From Candidatus Omnitrophota bacterium (lineage in GTDB: Bacteria; Omnitrophota; Gorgyraeia; Zapsychrales; JANLHA01), in the NCBI GenBank assembly GCA_963662715.1, contig OY759724.1, positions 2,310,001 to 2,342,000 on the forward strand: DNA of 32,000 nucleotides, written 5' to 3'. A model generated the notes under the pieces. That model ran no database searches. It saw nothing but the letters and a program-made list of their open reading frames with translations, and was not told the DNA's origin. Position numbers and translations under genes: made by a program. Every line of letters begins with the position of its first letter. Position 1 is the stretch's first letter. Shown here one piece after another: positions 23,608 through 32,000 of the stretch.

Positions 23608-25629
23608 GTGTTGTCTGGTCCTGAACAAAATTATTCTTTTGATCAACTCATTTCTTCTATCGAAAATTATGAGGAGAATTATAAGGCAGACGTTAATCCG
23701 GACAGATTCTTCGGATTCCCGACAAAAGCCGTTGTTGATATTGAAAGCAGGCTCCTGTCTCCGGCAGAGAAGTCCGTGGCCTATTTTTCTATGGAGTATG
23801 GCATTGCCCCGAGTATTTACAATACATTTGAGTTAAGCCGTCCGATGAATATTCAGAACCAGTATTTTATCCACGAGGTTTTTTCCAACTACTGGCTCTG
23901 CGACTATCTGTTTAAAATTCATATCGATAAAATGCTGGATATCCCCATTTACGGGGGAGGCTTGGGGGTTTTAGCCGGGGACACCATTAAGAGCGCTGCG
24001 GATATGGGATATGGCATCGTTGCGATAGGCGTCCTTTGGAATAAAGGGTATTTTAAGCAAAATTTTTGGTATAAACACGGTCAGGTTCCGGAGGAGTTAA
24101 GTTGGGATCCCTTTACTTACCCCGGGCTGATTCCGCTGAAGAACATTGTTACTATCGATACCAAAGAAGGGCCTTTGTATCTCCGGTTATGGAAATATTA
24201 TGTGTATAGTTATGACCGGGTTCACGCCTGTCCTATTGTGCTTCTGGATTCTAATCTTGAACAGAATTCCCCGCATTTTAGACAACTGACCGATCAGCTT
24301 TACCGGAGTGATGATGTTTGGTGGAAAATTTTTCAACGTACAGTCTTGGGCATAGGCGGCATGAAAGCCTTGCGAAGCCTGGGGTATCATATTGATCAAT
24401 TCCATTTAAATGAGGGGCATGCGGCTTTTGCTCTGCTAGAACAGTATGTGTCTCTCCAGGACAAAAGCCAGATGGAGGCCCTAAAAGACACCATTTATTT
24501 TACCTGTCATACCCCGGTCGCCGCAGGCCATGATCGTTTCATGATCAAAGACGTTGCCAAAGTGCTGACGGATGAATATGTGCAGGCGGCGCAAATTTTT
24601 GGCAAGGAAAGCCGGGAGAGTGAGCAGATAAATCTTACCTATCTTTCGCTGAACAATAGCCGTAAGGTCAATGCTGTCGCAGAAAAGCACGGAGAAGTGA
24701 TGCGTTGGCAATTCCCGTCGTTTGCAGAAAAGATCGCTTCTATTACGAACGGAATTCATACACATACCTGGGTTTCTGACAGCTTTCAGCAGTTGTTTGA
24801 TAAGTACCAGGATGCGTTTGGCGATTGGCGGAAATGCCCGGAGAATTTAGCTGAAATACGGGCTTTGAAAAATAATGAAAGTTTCCGTCGGGATATATTT
24901 GAAGCCCATCAGATAAACAAACAAAACCTCATGAACATCATCCGGCACTGGAGATGCAAGGAAGACGTGTTCACGCTGGGGTGGGCCCGCCGTATTGCCG
25001 GCTATAAGCGACCGGCTCTTATTTTTTATTCGATGGATAAAATTGTCGACTTGGCTTATAAGATCGGCCCGATCCAGATTATTCTTGCGGGGAAGGCTCA
25101 TCCTAACGATGATATCGGGGGCGCACATATTGACGAAATCTTAGATCATATTGATCAGCTGAACAACCATAAGAATGTCATCAGGGTCATGATCCTGGAG
25201 AATTATGATACCTTTTTTGGGAAACTGCTGACAAATTCCGTGGATGTGTGGCTGAATAATCCCCTGCCTCCGTTTGAGGCTTCCGGGACGAGTGGCATGA
25301 AGGCGATCCTCAACGGAGTTTTGCAGATGTCCACACTGGACGGCTGGGTTGTTGAAGCGGAAAAAGATGATATCGGATGGATTTTTGGTTACCGGCATCA
25401 GGAGGGGGATATCGGAAAAGAAACGAATTTGCGGATGGAGGAAGACAGTCTGGCGCTGGGAGAGACTTTGAAAGACGCCATGAGTCTTTATTACAAGACC
25501 TTTCAGAAGGGGCGGATCAATATTCAAAGCGCCTGGATTGATAAGATGATCCATTGCGTCGAAAAGAGTGCTTATTTTAATACGCAGCGGATGATTCAGC
25601 AATACAATGAAATGATGTGGCACATGTGA
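23608..25629 (+). CDS. glgP: Alpha-glucan (glycogen/maltodextrin) phosphorylase, GT35, short bacterial/archaeal-type subfamily
   Basis: IYGGGLGVLAGD, HLNEGHAAF, and the PLP-lysine motif FEASGTSGMK. GGAGG lies at 23601-23605. The start is GTG 23608 or, with better spacing, TTG 23611. Confidence 0.9.
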   Translation: MLSGPEQNYSFDQLISSIENYEENYKADVNPDRFFGFPTKAVVDIESRLLSPAEKSVAYFSMEYGIAPSIYNTFELSRPMNIQNQYFIHEVFSNYWLCDYLFKIHIDKMLDIPIYGGGLGVLAGDTIKSAADMGYGIVAIGVLWNKGYFKQNFWYKHGQVPEELSWDPFTYPGLIPLKNIVTIDTKEGPLYLRLWKYYVYSYDRVHACPIVLLDSNLEQNSPHFRQLTDQLYRSDDVWWKIFQRTVLGIGGMKALRSLGYHIDQFHLNEGHAAFALLEQYVSLQDKSQMEALKDTIYFTCHTPVAAGHDRFMIKDVAKVLTDEYVQAAQIFGKESRESEQINLTYLSLNNSRKVNAVAEKHGEVMRWQFPSFAEKIASITNGIHTHTWVSDSFQQLFDKYQDAFGDWRKCPENLAEIRALKNNESFRRDIFEAHQINKQNLMNIIRHWRCKEDVFTLGWARRIAGYKRPALIFYSMDKIVDLAYKIGPIQIILAGKAHPNDDIGGAHIDEILDHIDQLNNHKNVIRVMILENYDTFFGKLLTNSVDVWLNNPLPPFEASGTSGMKAILNGVLQMSTLDGWVVEAEKDDIGWIFGYRHQEGDIGKETNLRMEEDSLALGETLKDAMSLYYKTFQKGRINIQSAWIDKMIHCVEKSAYFNTQRMIQQYNEMMWHM

Positions 25630-25671
25630 GCGAAGGGGCTTTTTCAGCCGGGAGGACGGCTTGACCGGGAT

Positions 25672-26487
25672 ATGAGACAATATTTAGCATTAGTCGAAGA
25701 GATTTTGGAGCACGGGGAACGGAAAGAGGACAGAACAGGGACCGGAACGATTTCGATATTCGGATATCAAATGAAATATGACCTGCGGGACGGGTTCCCT
25801 ATCGTTACAACGAAGAAAGTCCTGTTTTCTGCGGTTGTCCGTGAGCTTTTGTGGTTTCTCAAAGGATCAACGAATATTCATGACGGACTTAAGGAACACA
25901 CTCCTATCTGGAATGCCTGGGCCGATGAGCGCGGGGAACTGGGTCCGATTTACGGGTATCAATGGAGAAAATGGGAGCGTTTTTCCTGGGATGAAATCCG
26001 TCAGGGATTCCGGAAAGAACATGTTGACCAGATTCAAGAGGCCATAGACATGATAAAACATGCCCCCAATTCCCGCAGAATTATCGTCAGCGCCTGGAAT
26101 GTCGGAGATCTCGAACGTATGGCCTTGCCGCCCTGCCATGCTTTTTTTCAGTTTTATGTGGTTAACGGCCGGCTGGACTGTCAGTTGTATCAGCGCTCTG
26201 CGGACGTGGCTTTGGGCGTCCCGTTTAATATATCCAGCTATGCCTTATTATTGAGTATGATGGCCCAGGAATGCCAATTGACCCCGGGTATTTTCGTTCA
26301 TACTCTGGGAGATGCCCATATTTATTTAAATCATGTGGAGGGCCTTCGCGAGCAATTGAAGAGAGAATGCCGACCTTTGCCCCGATTGAAGCTTGCCCCG
26401 CGCAATGTTTTGGACATGACTTTTGAAGACATCCAGTTGCTTGGTTATACTCATGATGGCTTCATCAAATTTCCTATCGCCGTGTAG
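25672..26487 (+). CDS. thyA: Thymidylate synthase
   Basis: [60 protein letters not shown] canonical ThyA. Confidence 0.97.
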   Translation: MRQYLALVEEILEHGERKEDRTGTGTISIFGYQMKYDLRDGFPIVTTKKVLFSAVVRELLWFLKGSTNIHDGLKEHTPIWNAWADERGELGPIYGYQWRKWERFSWDEIRQGFRKEHVDQIQEAIDMIKHAPNSRRIIVSAWNVGDLERMALPPCHAFFQFYVVNGRLDCQLYQRSADVALGVPFNISSYALLLSMMAQECQLTPGIFVHTLGDAHIYLNHVEGLREQLKRECRPLPRLKLAPRNVLDMTFEDIQLLGYTHDGFIKFPIAV

Positions 26488-26538
26488 ATAATAAGTGATA
26501 ATCTTTTTCGTTTTTTAATCCGTTCGAAGTGATTCTGT

Positions 26539-27084
26539 ATGAGTCCTTTTAGTGTTATAATCGCTGCTGATAGCAAGATGGGAATTGGGAAGGGGGGGCA
26601 GTTGCCTTGGCATATTCCCAGTGACCTGAAGCGTTTTAAGCAGATCACCACCCAGACCCGTTCCCCGGATAAAATGAATATGGTTATTATGGGACGGAAG
26701 ACCTGGGAGTCTCTCCCGGAGCGGGTTAGCCCTTTGCCTGGACGTTTGAATTGTGTCATAACGAGAAAAACGGAACTTATTTTTCCCGAGAAGGTCATCA
26801 GCGCCTCCAGTCTCGATGAAGCCCTCATGGCGGCCCGGCAGTCCCGGAACCAGTCTGTTGAAAACATTTTTGTGATCGGGGGAGCCCAGGTTTATAATCT
26901 CGCTATAAATCACCGTTATTGTCAGAAAATTCTTTGGACCCATGTTCATGGCGATTTCGACTGCGACACCCGTATCGATGTGGATATTACGAATTTCTCC
27001 AAGCTGTCGGAAAGTCCCACCTTTAACGAAAATAATATCCGCTTTCATTATATCGAATATCAACGCCTTTCCGACATTCCTTAA
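26539..27084 (+). CDS. folA: Dihydrofolate reductase
   Basis: IIAADSKMGIGKGGQLPW, MGRKTWESLP and FVIGGAQVY. It lies immediately downstream of thyA. Confidence 0.92.
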   Translation: MSPFSVIIAADSKMGIGKGGQLPWHIPSDLKRFKQITTQTRSPDKMNMVIMGRKTWESLPERVSPLPGRLNCVITRKTELIFPEKVISASSLDEALMAARQSRNQSVENIFVIGGAQVYNLAINHRYCQKILWTHVHGDFDCDTRIDVDITNFSKLSESPTFNENNIRFHYIEYQRLSDIP

Positions 27085-27314
27085 ATCTCCGATCTTATTT
27101 TATCCCCTGATATCGAACCCGCGGCGATAGATGGGAGTTCCCGCTGTTGGCCGGGCCGTCCTTTTAATATTGCTAAAAACAGGCGTTTTAAGTATGAATT
27201 CTCTTTGAAACATGGTAAATTTGATTTGTTTTGTGTAAGTTTATGTAAAACAATGCTTTATGAATATATGCTTCGTTCCCGGATTGTTGCTCCGGATAAG
27301 AATTATCGGTTATA

Positions 27315-27355
27315 CTTTAATTAAGGGGGGAGTTCCTATACATATCTTTAATTAA
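27315..27355 (+). promoter_or_regulatory. 10-bp direct repeat CTTTAATTAA x2 (centres 31 bp apart), a possible operator
   Basis: CTTTAATTAA occurs at 27315-27324 and again at 27346-27355. Each copy contains the palindrome TTAATTAA. The second copy ends 14 nt upstream of the REC-EAL start. Confidence 0.2.
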
Positions 27356-27368
27356 CCCAAAAAGCTCT

Positions 27369-28538
27369 ATGATAAATACAGCGCTTCCTAAGAAAAATAT
27401 TCTTCTTGTTGATGATGAAAAAAATCTTACCCGTACCCTGAGTATGCTTCTTGAAACCAGAGGATATGTGGTGGAAGTCGCTAATACTGCAGCTGAAGCT
27501 TTTGAAAAAGTATCTTCGCAGGTCGACCTTATTATCCTGGATTTAAGACTACCTGATTGCCACGGTTTTGAAGTCTGCCGGCGATTGCGGCAGAATGAAA
27601 AGACGAGTCATATCCCGATTATCATGTTAAGCGCTTATACGCTTAATGAAGACAAAGTGCAGGGGCTCTATCTCGGGGCCGATGATTTCCTCCCGAAACC
27701 TTGTGAACATGAAGAATTATTTGCCAGAATAGATGTGGTGATGAGACGCAGTCAGGGGGGGACCAGGAAGGGATTGTGTCAGAAGAATCACGATAAGATC
27801 GTTTGTGAGTTGCGGCTGATATTGGATCAGGGGCTGGTCTTGCCTCATTATCAGCCTATTTACAGGCTGGAGCCATTTTCTCTATACGGGATGGAAGTGC
27901 TGACCCGCCCGACGATCAGTGGGCCCCTGGCCAACCCGGAAAACTTTTTCAAAGCGGCATTGCAGTATGGCATGTATCCGGATCTGGAAATGCTTTCCTG
28001 GTCAAAAGCCCTGGGGCAATTATCCACGGAAATTTCCGAAGAAAAGATATTCCTTAACTGCAGTCCGTATTTTATTGAATCCTCCCAGTTTTTGCGCGTC
28101 AAGGCGCTTGTCGAGAAGAATCAGTTAACGCCCCATAATGTTGTCCTGGAGATTACCGAGAGATCGGCCGTAACAAACTACAAATTGTTTTATGAACATC
28201 TATCCCGATTCCGCGATTACGGTTTCCGGATTGCCGTGGATGATGTCGGTGGCGGGTACGCGAGTCTGCAGTCCATCGTGGAGACTAGACCCGATGTCGT
28301 GAAAATTGACCGTCACTTTATTACCTCGCTTCGCCAAGATCCTTTTAAGCGCAGTGTCGTGAAATTCGTGGTGAACTTATGTAAAGAAAATAATATCCTT
28401 TGCATCGCCGAAGGCGTTGAGACCCAGGAAGACCTGGAGATTGTCCGGGATTTGGATGTCGATGCCGGTCAGGGATATTACTTCTGCCGCCCGACCCCCG
28501 AAATTGATCTGCCTCATTTTTCAACAATCGTTTTTTAG
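27369..28538 (+). CDS. Response regulator with receiver domain and EAL (EVL variant) c-di-GMP phosphodiesterase domain
   Basis: REC: ILLVDDE, the phospho-acceptor context LIILDLRLPD, and DDFLPKP. EAL: YQPIY, YGMEVLTRP, LEITE, AVDDVGGGYASL, VKIDRHF, AEGVET and GQGYYF. There is no obvious SD. Confidence 0.88.
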   Translation: MINTALPKKNILLVDDEKNLTRTLSMLLETRGYVVEVANTAAEAFEKVSSQVDLIILDLRLPDCHGFEVCRRLRQNEKTSHIPIIMLSAYTLNEDKVQGLYLGADDFLPKPCEHEELFARIDVVMRRSQGGTRKGLCQKNHDKIVCELRLILDQGLVLPHYQPIYRLEPFSLYGMEVLTRPTISGPLANPENFFKAALQYGMYPDLEMLSWSKALGQLSTEISEEKIFLNCSPYFIESSQFLRVKALVEKNQLTPHNVVLEITERSAVTNYKLFYEHLSRFRDYGFRIAVDDVGGGYASLQSIVETRPDVVKIDRHFITSLRQDPFKRSVVKFVVNLCKENNILCIAEGVETQEDLEIVRDLDVDAGQGYYFCRPTPEIDLPHFSTIVF

Positions 28539-28650
28539 CCAGTGTTTTAAAATCCATATTCGGTCCCGATCAAAGAGTTTTCTTCTGTCCCGGCGCTTTG
28601 CCCCTTTTTTCGCTGCTGCCCCGCTTTGTTAAAGCCTGCCTTTCTTGATA

Positions 28651-28678
28651 TTGCAAATAAGGCAAAAATGTATATAAT
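28651..28678 (+). promoter_or_regulatory. Candidate sigma-70-like promoter of the CNNM gene
   Basis: TTGCAA (28651-28656), a 16-nt spacer, then TATAAT (28673-28678), about 58 nt upstream of the ATG at 28737. Confidence 0.4.
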
Positions 28679-28736
28679 AAAATAACTTAATAGAACTCAT
28701 ATTGCTTATTAACCCTGTTTAGATGATAATATTTTT

Positions 28737-29720
28737 ATGTTTTTGTTAGCCGTTTTATTTTTCAGTGTTGTTTTCCTCTCCGCCCTTTGTTCTATGTCTG
28801 AGGCGGCTATCTTGAGTTTGTCTGTCGTCCGGGCCCGGATCCTTGTCGAACAAAAACATAAGATGGCCGAAGACGTCCTTTATCTCAAGGAAAATATTTC
28901 TTCCATTATCGCTACGATTGTAGTCCTCAATAATGCCATTAATATTGTCGGGTCCATTTTCGTCGGTCAACAGGTGACGGTTATTTTCGGTAACCGATGG
29001 CTGGGGTTGGCCTCAACGGTCATTACCCTTTCTATTATTATTATTTCAGAGATTATTCCCAAGACGATCGGAGAACGCTACAAGGTCAAAATTTCCCTGC
29101 TTTTTGCCAAGCCGTTGCGGTGGCTCATGTGGATTTTTCATCCGGTTGTCGAAGTCCTCGCTCGTATTTCCAAGCCGTTTGTCGGGCAGCACTCTTCCCC
29201 CAAAGTGACGGAGGAAGAGATTAGAATGATGTTGAAATTAGGGCGTGTGGCCGGCACCGTGGAAATGGATGAGGAAGTCCTGTGCAACCGGGTCTTTAAG
29301 CTCAACGACGTCAGGGCTTTTCAGATTATGCGTCCGATTGAAGATATCTTTGCTCTCTCGGCGGGGAAAACCCTCGGGGAATTGCGGGAGGATATTATCA
29401 ATGCCCCGTATAGCCGTATCGCTGTCTATGATAAAGATCCTCTGGACATCGTCGGCATGGTACAACATCGGGTCCTTTTGCGCGAGATAGCCAAAGATAA
29501 CTATCGGGCGACGGTGAGAGATTTTATGACGAAACCCATCATGGTGAACTGGTTTACGAAAGCGGACGAGTTGCTGGAAAAGTTCCAAATTTACCACCAG
29601 CATCTTTTTATTGTCCAGGACACGCATGGGAAAGATGTGGGTATCGTGACGATGGAAGATGTCCTGGAAGAGCTTTTTGGCGAGATATACGACGAGAAAG
29701 ATATTAAGCTGAAAAAATAA
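28737..29720 (+). CDS. CNNM/DUF21 transmembrane domain + tandem CBS domain protein (CorB/TlyC-like putative Mg2+/Co2+ transporter), lacking a CorC_HlyC C-terminal domain
   Basis: DUF21 hallmarks: SMSEAAILSL and SEIIPKTIGERY. Two CBS-like modules follow (IMRPIEDIFAL...SRIAVYD...IVGMV and FMTKPIMV...HLFIVQDTHGKDVGIVTMEDVLEELFGEI). Confidence 0.85.
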   Translation: MFLLAVLFFSVVFLSALCSMSEAAILSLSVVRARILVEQKHKMAEDVLYLKENISSIIATIVVLNNAINIVGSIFVGQQVTVIFGNRWLGLASTVITLSIIIISEIIPKTIGERYKVKISLLFAKPLRWLMWIFHPVVEVLARISKPFVGQHSSPKVTEEEIRMMLKLGRVAGTVEMDEEVLCNRVFKLNDVRAFQIMRPIEDIFALSAGKTLGELREDIINAPYSRIAVYDKDPLDIVGMVQHRVLLREIAKDNYRATVRDFMTKPIMVNWFTKADELLEKFQIYHQHLFIVQDTHGKDVGIVTMEDVLEELFGEIYDEKDIKLKK

Positions 29721-29819
29721 ATATTATTGGCAAGATAGTTTTAATTTTTTATAGTACTGTTAATAATTTATTGTATAATAAATCCGCAAATATCCTTTAA
29801 CTATTACAAAGGTGGAAAA

Positions 29820-31787
29820 ATGACGAGAGTAACTCAAAAAAACCCATCAACAAAATCAGAGGCGCTTCCACAAGCCGTTTATTACGATGTAAGCCTTTTC
29901 TCTGATGAGGATATTTATTTATTTAAAGAGGGGAATCATTTTGAGCTGTACAAAAAACTGGGAGCTCATCTCATGGTGCGGGATAATGTGCCGGGAGTGT
30001 TTTTTGCTGTCTGGGCCCCTAATGCAAAATGTGTTTCTGTGGTCGGGGATTTTAATCAATGGGATCAGTCGGCCCATCCCTTATCCTCCCGCTGGGATAG
30101 CTCAGGGATCTGGGAAGGTTTTATCCCCGGAATCGGGACAGGGAATATTTATAAATATTTTGTCATGTCCCAGGATGGGCAATATCAGATGGAAAAACAG
30201 GACCCTTATGGCTATTTCTCCGAGATCCCCCCGAAGACAGCTTCTGTCGTTTGGGATATTGATTATCAGTGGAACGATCATGAATGGATGAAAACGCGCG
30301 GTCAAAAAAATAACCTGAAGGCTCCGGTCTCTATTTACGAGGTTCATCTCGGCTCCTGGCGGAGAGTCGTCGAGGAGGATAGCCGTTTCCTGACGTATCG
30401 TGAGCTGGCGAATTATCTCGTTGATTATGTTAAAAGATTAGGGTTTACTCATATTGAGCTTATGCCTGTTATGGAACATCCGTTTTACGGGTCATGGGGG
30501 TATCAATCTCTGGGATATTTTTCCCCGACAAGCCGTTTCGGTTCCCCGCAGGATCTTATGTATATGATCGACTGTTTTCACCAGAACGGGATCGGGGTGA
30601 TTCTTGATTGGGTTCCGTCCCATTTCCCTACGGATGGCCATGGCTTGGCGGATTTTGACGGAACGCACCTTTTTGAACACAATGACCCTCACAAGGGGTT
30701 TCATCCTGACTGGAAAAGTTATATTTTCAACTCAGGCCGCAACGAAGTCAAAGAATTCCTTATCTCCTCGGCATTGTTCTGGCTGGATAAATATCATGTT
30801 GACGGACTGCGTGTCGATGCCGTGGCCTCCATGCTCTACCTGGATTATTCCCGGAATGAGGGGGAGTGGGTCCCCAATATTTACGGTGGACGGGATAATA
30901 TTGAAAATATCCATTTTATTAAGCAGATGAATGAAACGATATACAAGAATTATCCGGATGTCCAGATGATCGCCGAAGAATCGACGGCCTGGGCCGGGGT
31001 TTCCCGCCCGACGTATTCCGGGGGGTTAGGTTTTGGAATGAAATGGAATATGGGCTGGATGCACGACACTTTGGAATATTTTCGGAAAGACAGCGTTTAT
31101 CGTAAACACCACCACAATGAGTTAACATTCAGCATGCTTTATGCTTTTACGGAAAATTTTATTCTTTCTTTATCTCATGATGAAGTGGTTCATGGAAAAG
31201 GTTCTCTCCTGGGGCGAATGCCGGGAGATGACTGGCAGAAATTTGCTAATCTGAGATTGTTGTTTACCTATATGTATGGACACCCGGGTAAGAAACTGCT
31301 GTTTATGGGGGCGGAATTCGGCCAGTGGGATGAGTGGTATCATGAGAAAAGTCTGGATTGGCATCTTTTAAAATATGACTCGCACAAAGGCGTTCAGTTG
31401 TTAGTCAGAGATCTCAATTGCGTTTATCGTCATGAAGCGGCGTTGCATCGACATGATTGTGCCGGCGCCGGTTTTGAGTGGATCGATGGATCTGACTGGG
31501 CCAGCAGCCTTATCTTTTTCCTGCGGAAATGTCCTGAAACGAATGACAATATCTTAATTGCCTGTAATTTTACTCCCGTCCCGAGGCTGGACTGCCGGGT
31601 GGGCGTGCCCCGTCATGGATATTGGAAAGAACTCATCAATAGCGATGCCAAGGAGTATGGGGGAAGCGGACTAGGAAACAACGGAGGACTTTGGGCAGAA
31701 GAGGTGCCTCGCCATAACCAGCCGTTCTCCCTGAATCTTGACTTGCCGCCGCTATCTGTGTTGTATTTAAAGGTTGAAAATTTTTAG
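29820..31787 (+). CDS. glgB: 1,4-alpha-glucan branching enzyme
   Basis: GH13 branching-enzyme motifs: [42 protein letters not shown] and [12 protein letters not shown]. An N-terminal CBM48-like region (FAVWAPNA...[11 protein letters not shown]) is present. Confidence 0.96.
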   Translation: MTRVTQKNPSTKSEALPQAVYYDVSLFSDEDIYLFKEGNHFELYKKLGAHLMVRDNVPGVFFAVWAPNAKCVSVVGDFNQWDQSAHPLSSRWDSSGIWEGFIPGIGTGNIYKYFVMSQDGQYQMEKQDPYGYFSEIPPKTASVVWDIDYQWNDHEWMKTRGQKNNLKAPVSIYEVHLGSWRRVVEEDSRFLTYRELANYLVDYVKRLGFTHIELMPVMEHPFYGSWGYQSLGYFSPTSRFGSPQDLMYMIDCFHQNGIGVILDWVPSHFPTDGHGLADFDGTHLFEHNDPHKGFHPDWKSYIFNSGRNEVKEFLISSALFWLDKYHVDGLRVDAVASMLYLDYSRNEGEWVPNIYGGRDNIENIHFIKQMNETIYKNYPDVQMIAEESTAWAGVSRPTYSGGLGFGMKWNMGWMHDTLEYFRKDSVYRKHHHNELTFSMLYAFTENFILSLSHDEVVHGKGSLLGRMPGDDWQKFANLRLLFTYMYGHPGKKLLFMGAEFGQWDEWYHEKSLDWHLLKYDSHKGVQLLVRDLNCVYRHEAALHRHDCAGAGFEWIDGSDWASSLIFFLRKCPETNDNILIACNFTPVPRLDCRVGVPRHGYWKELINSDAKEYGGSGLGNNGGLWAEEVPRHNQPFSLNLDLPPLSVLYLKVENF

Positions 31788-31843
31788 GCGCCGGAATTTC
31801 CCGGTGTTAATTCATTAAACATTTCTGGGGAAGGGAGGATCTT

Positions 31844-32000
31844 ATGAAAGAGAAAGTTATAGAAATCGCCGGCAAGGCATGGTGGGCTTTAGGAGAAATG
31901 GGCGAAACCAATGCCGGAGGTCTTGCCAGAAAGATTAAAGAGAAAGAAGATTTGGTTAACCTTGCGCTTGGCTGGTTAGCACGGGAGGATAAGGTCAGTT
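31844..32000 (+). CDS. Small winged-helix-like protein (resembles the DUF2582-type wHTH family), 3'-truncated by the window edge
   Basis: The ATG at 31844 is preceded by GGGAGG (31833-31838). Translation: MKEKVIEIAGKAWWALGEMGETNAGGLARKIKEKEDLVNLALGWLAREDKVS. The pattern AG-x-[IA]W...L...LALGWLAREDK matches my recollection of that family. This ORF is not in the supplied ORF track. Confidence 0.5.
   Translation, partial: MKEKVIEIAGKAWWALGEMGETNAGGLARKIKEKEDLVNLALGWLAREDKVS

Noticed and set aside
31788-31843. A possible terminator after glgB (CGCCGG-AATTTC-CCGGTG).
   Set aside because: It is only a 6-bp stem including a G-U pair and has no T-run, which is too weak to call.

Overview
This is a bacterial window in which every credible gene (about 20) lies on the + strand. 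Taxonomy cannot be established from the sequence. The gene content and my unverified memory of similar hypothetical proteins suggest an uncultivated PVC/Omnitrophota-like lineage. Ordinary content: a 5'-truncated class II FBP aldolase, a DRE-TIM (HMGL-like) aldolase and KDPG aldolase in one tight cluster; cofactor-independent phosphoglycerate mutase; an IS200/IS605 TnpA element; a polysaccharide deacetylase overlapping an ArnT/PMT-like GT39 glycosyltransferase; a GGDEF cyclase; PrmA; an ArfB-like GGQ protein; a second GT-C-like membrane protein; ApbE lipoprotein; alpha-glucan phosphorylase; ThyA-FolA; a REC-EAL response regulator; a DUF21-CBS (CNNM) protein; GlgB; and a partial small winged-helix-like ORF at the 3' edge. 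The outstanding feature is a 9.2-kb gene (5349-14525) for a Sec-signal-bearing protein of about 3058 aa. Its core is 24 near-identical tandem 267-bp (89-aa) units (7086-13493), flanked by 2+2 degenerate units of the same family. I cannot assign the module to any named domain family. The array has an ordered pattern of unit subtypes, variation confined to a short Pro/Ser/Thr- or Pro/Ala-rich cassette, and a 197-bp perfectly identical stretch at a 4-unit offset. A second unexplained element is a 79-bp tandem repeat (3.2 copies, two hairpins per unit) between the GGDEF gene and prmA. No tRNA, rRNA or CRISPR array was seen.
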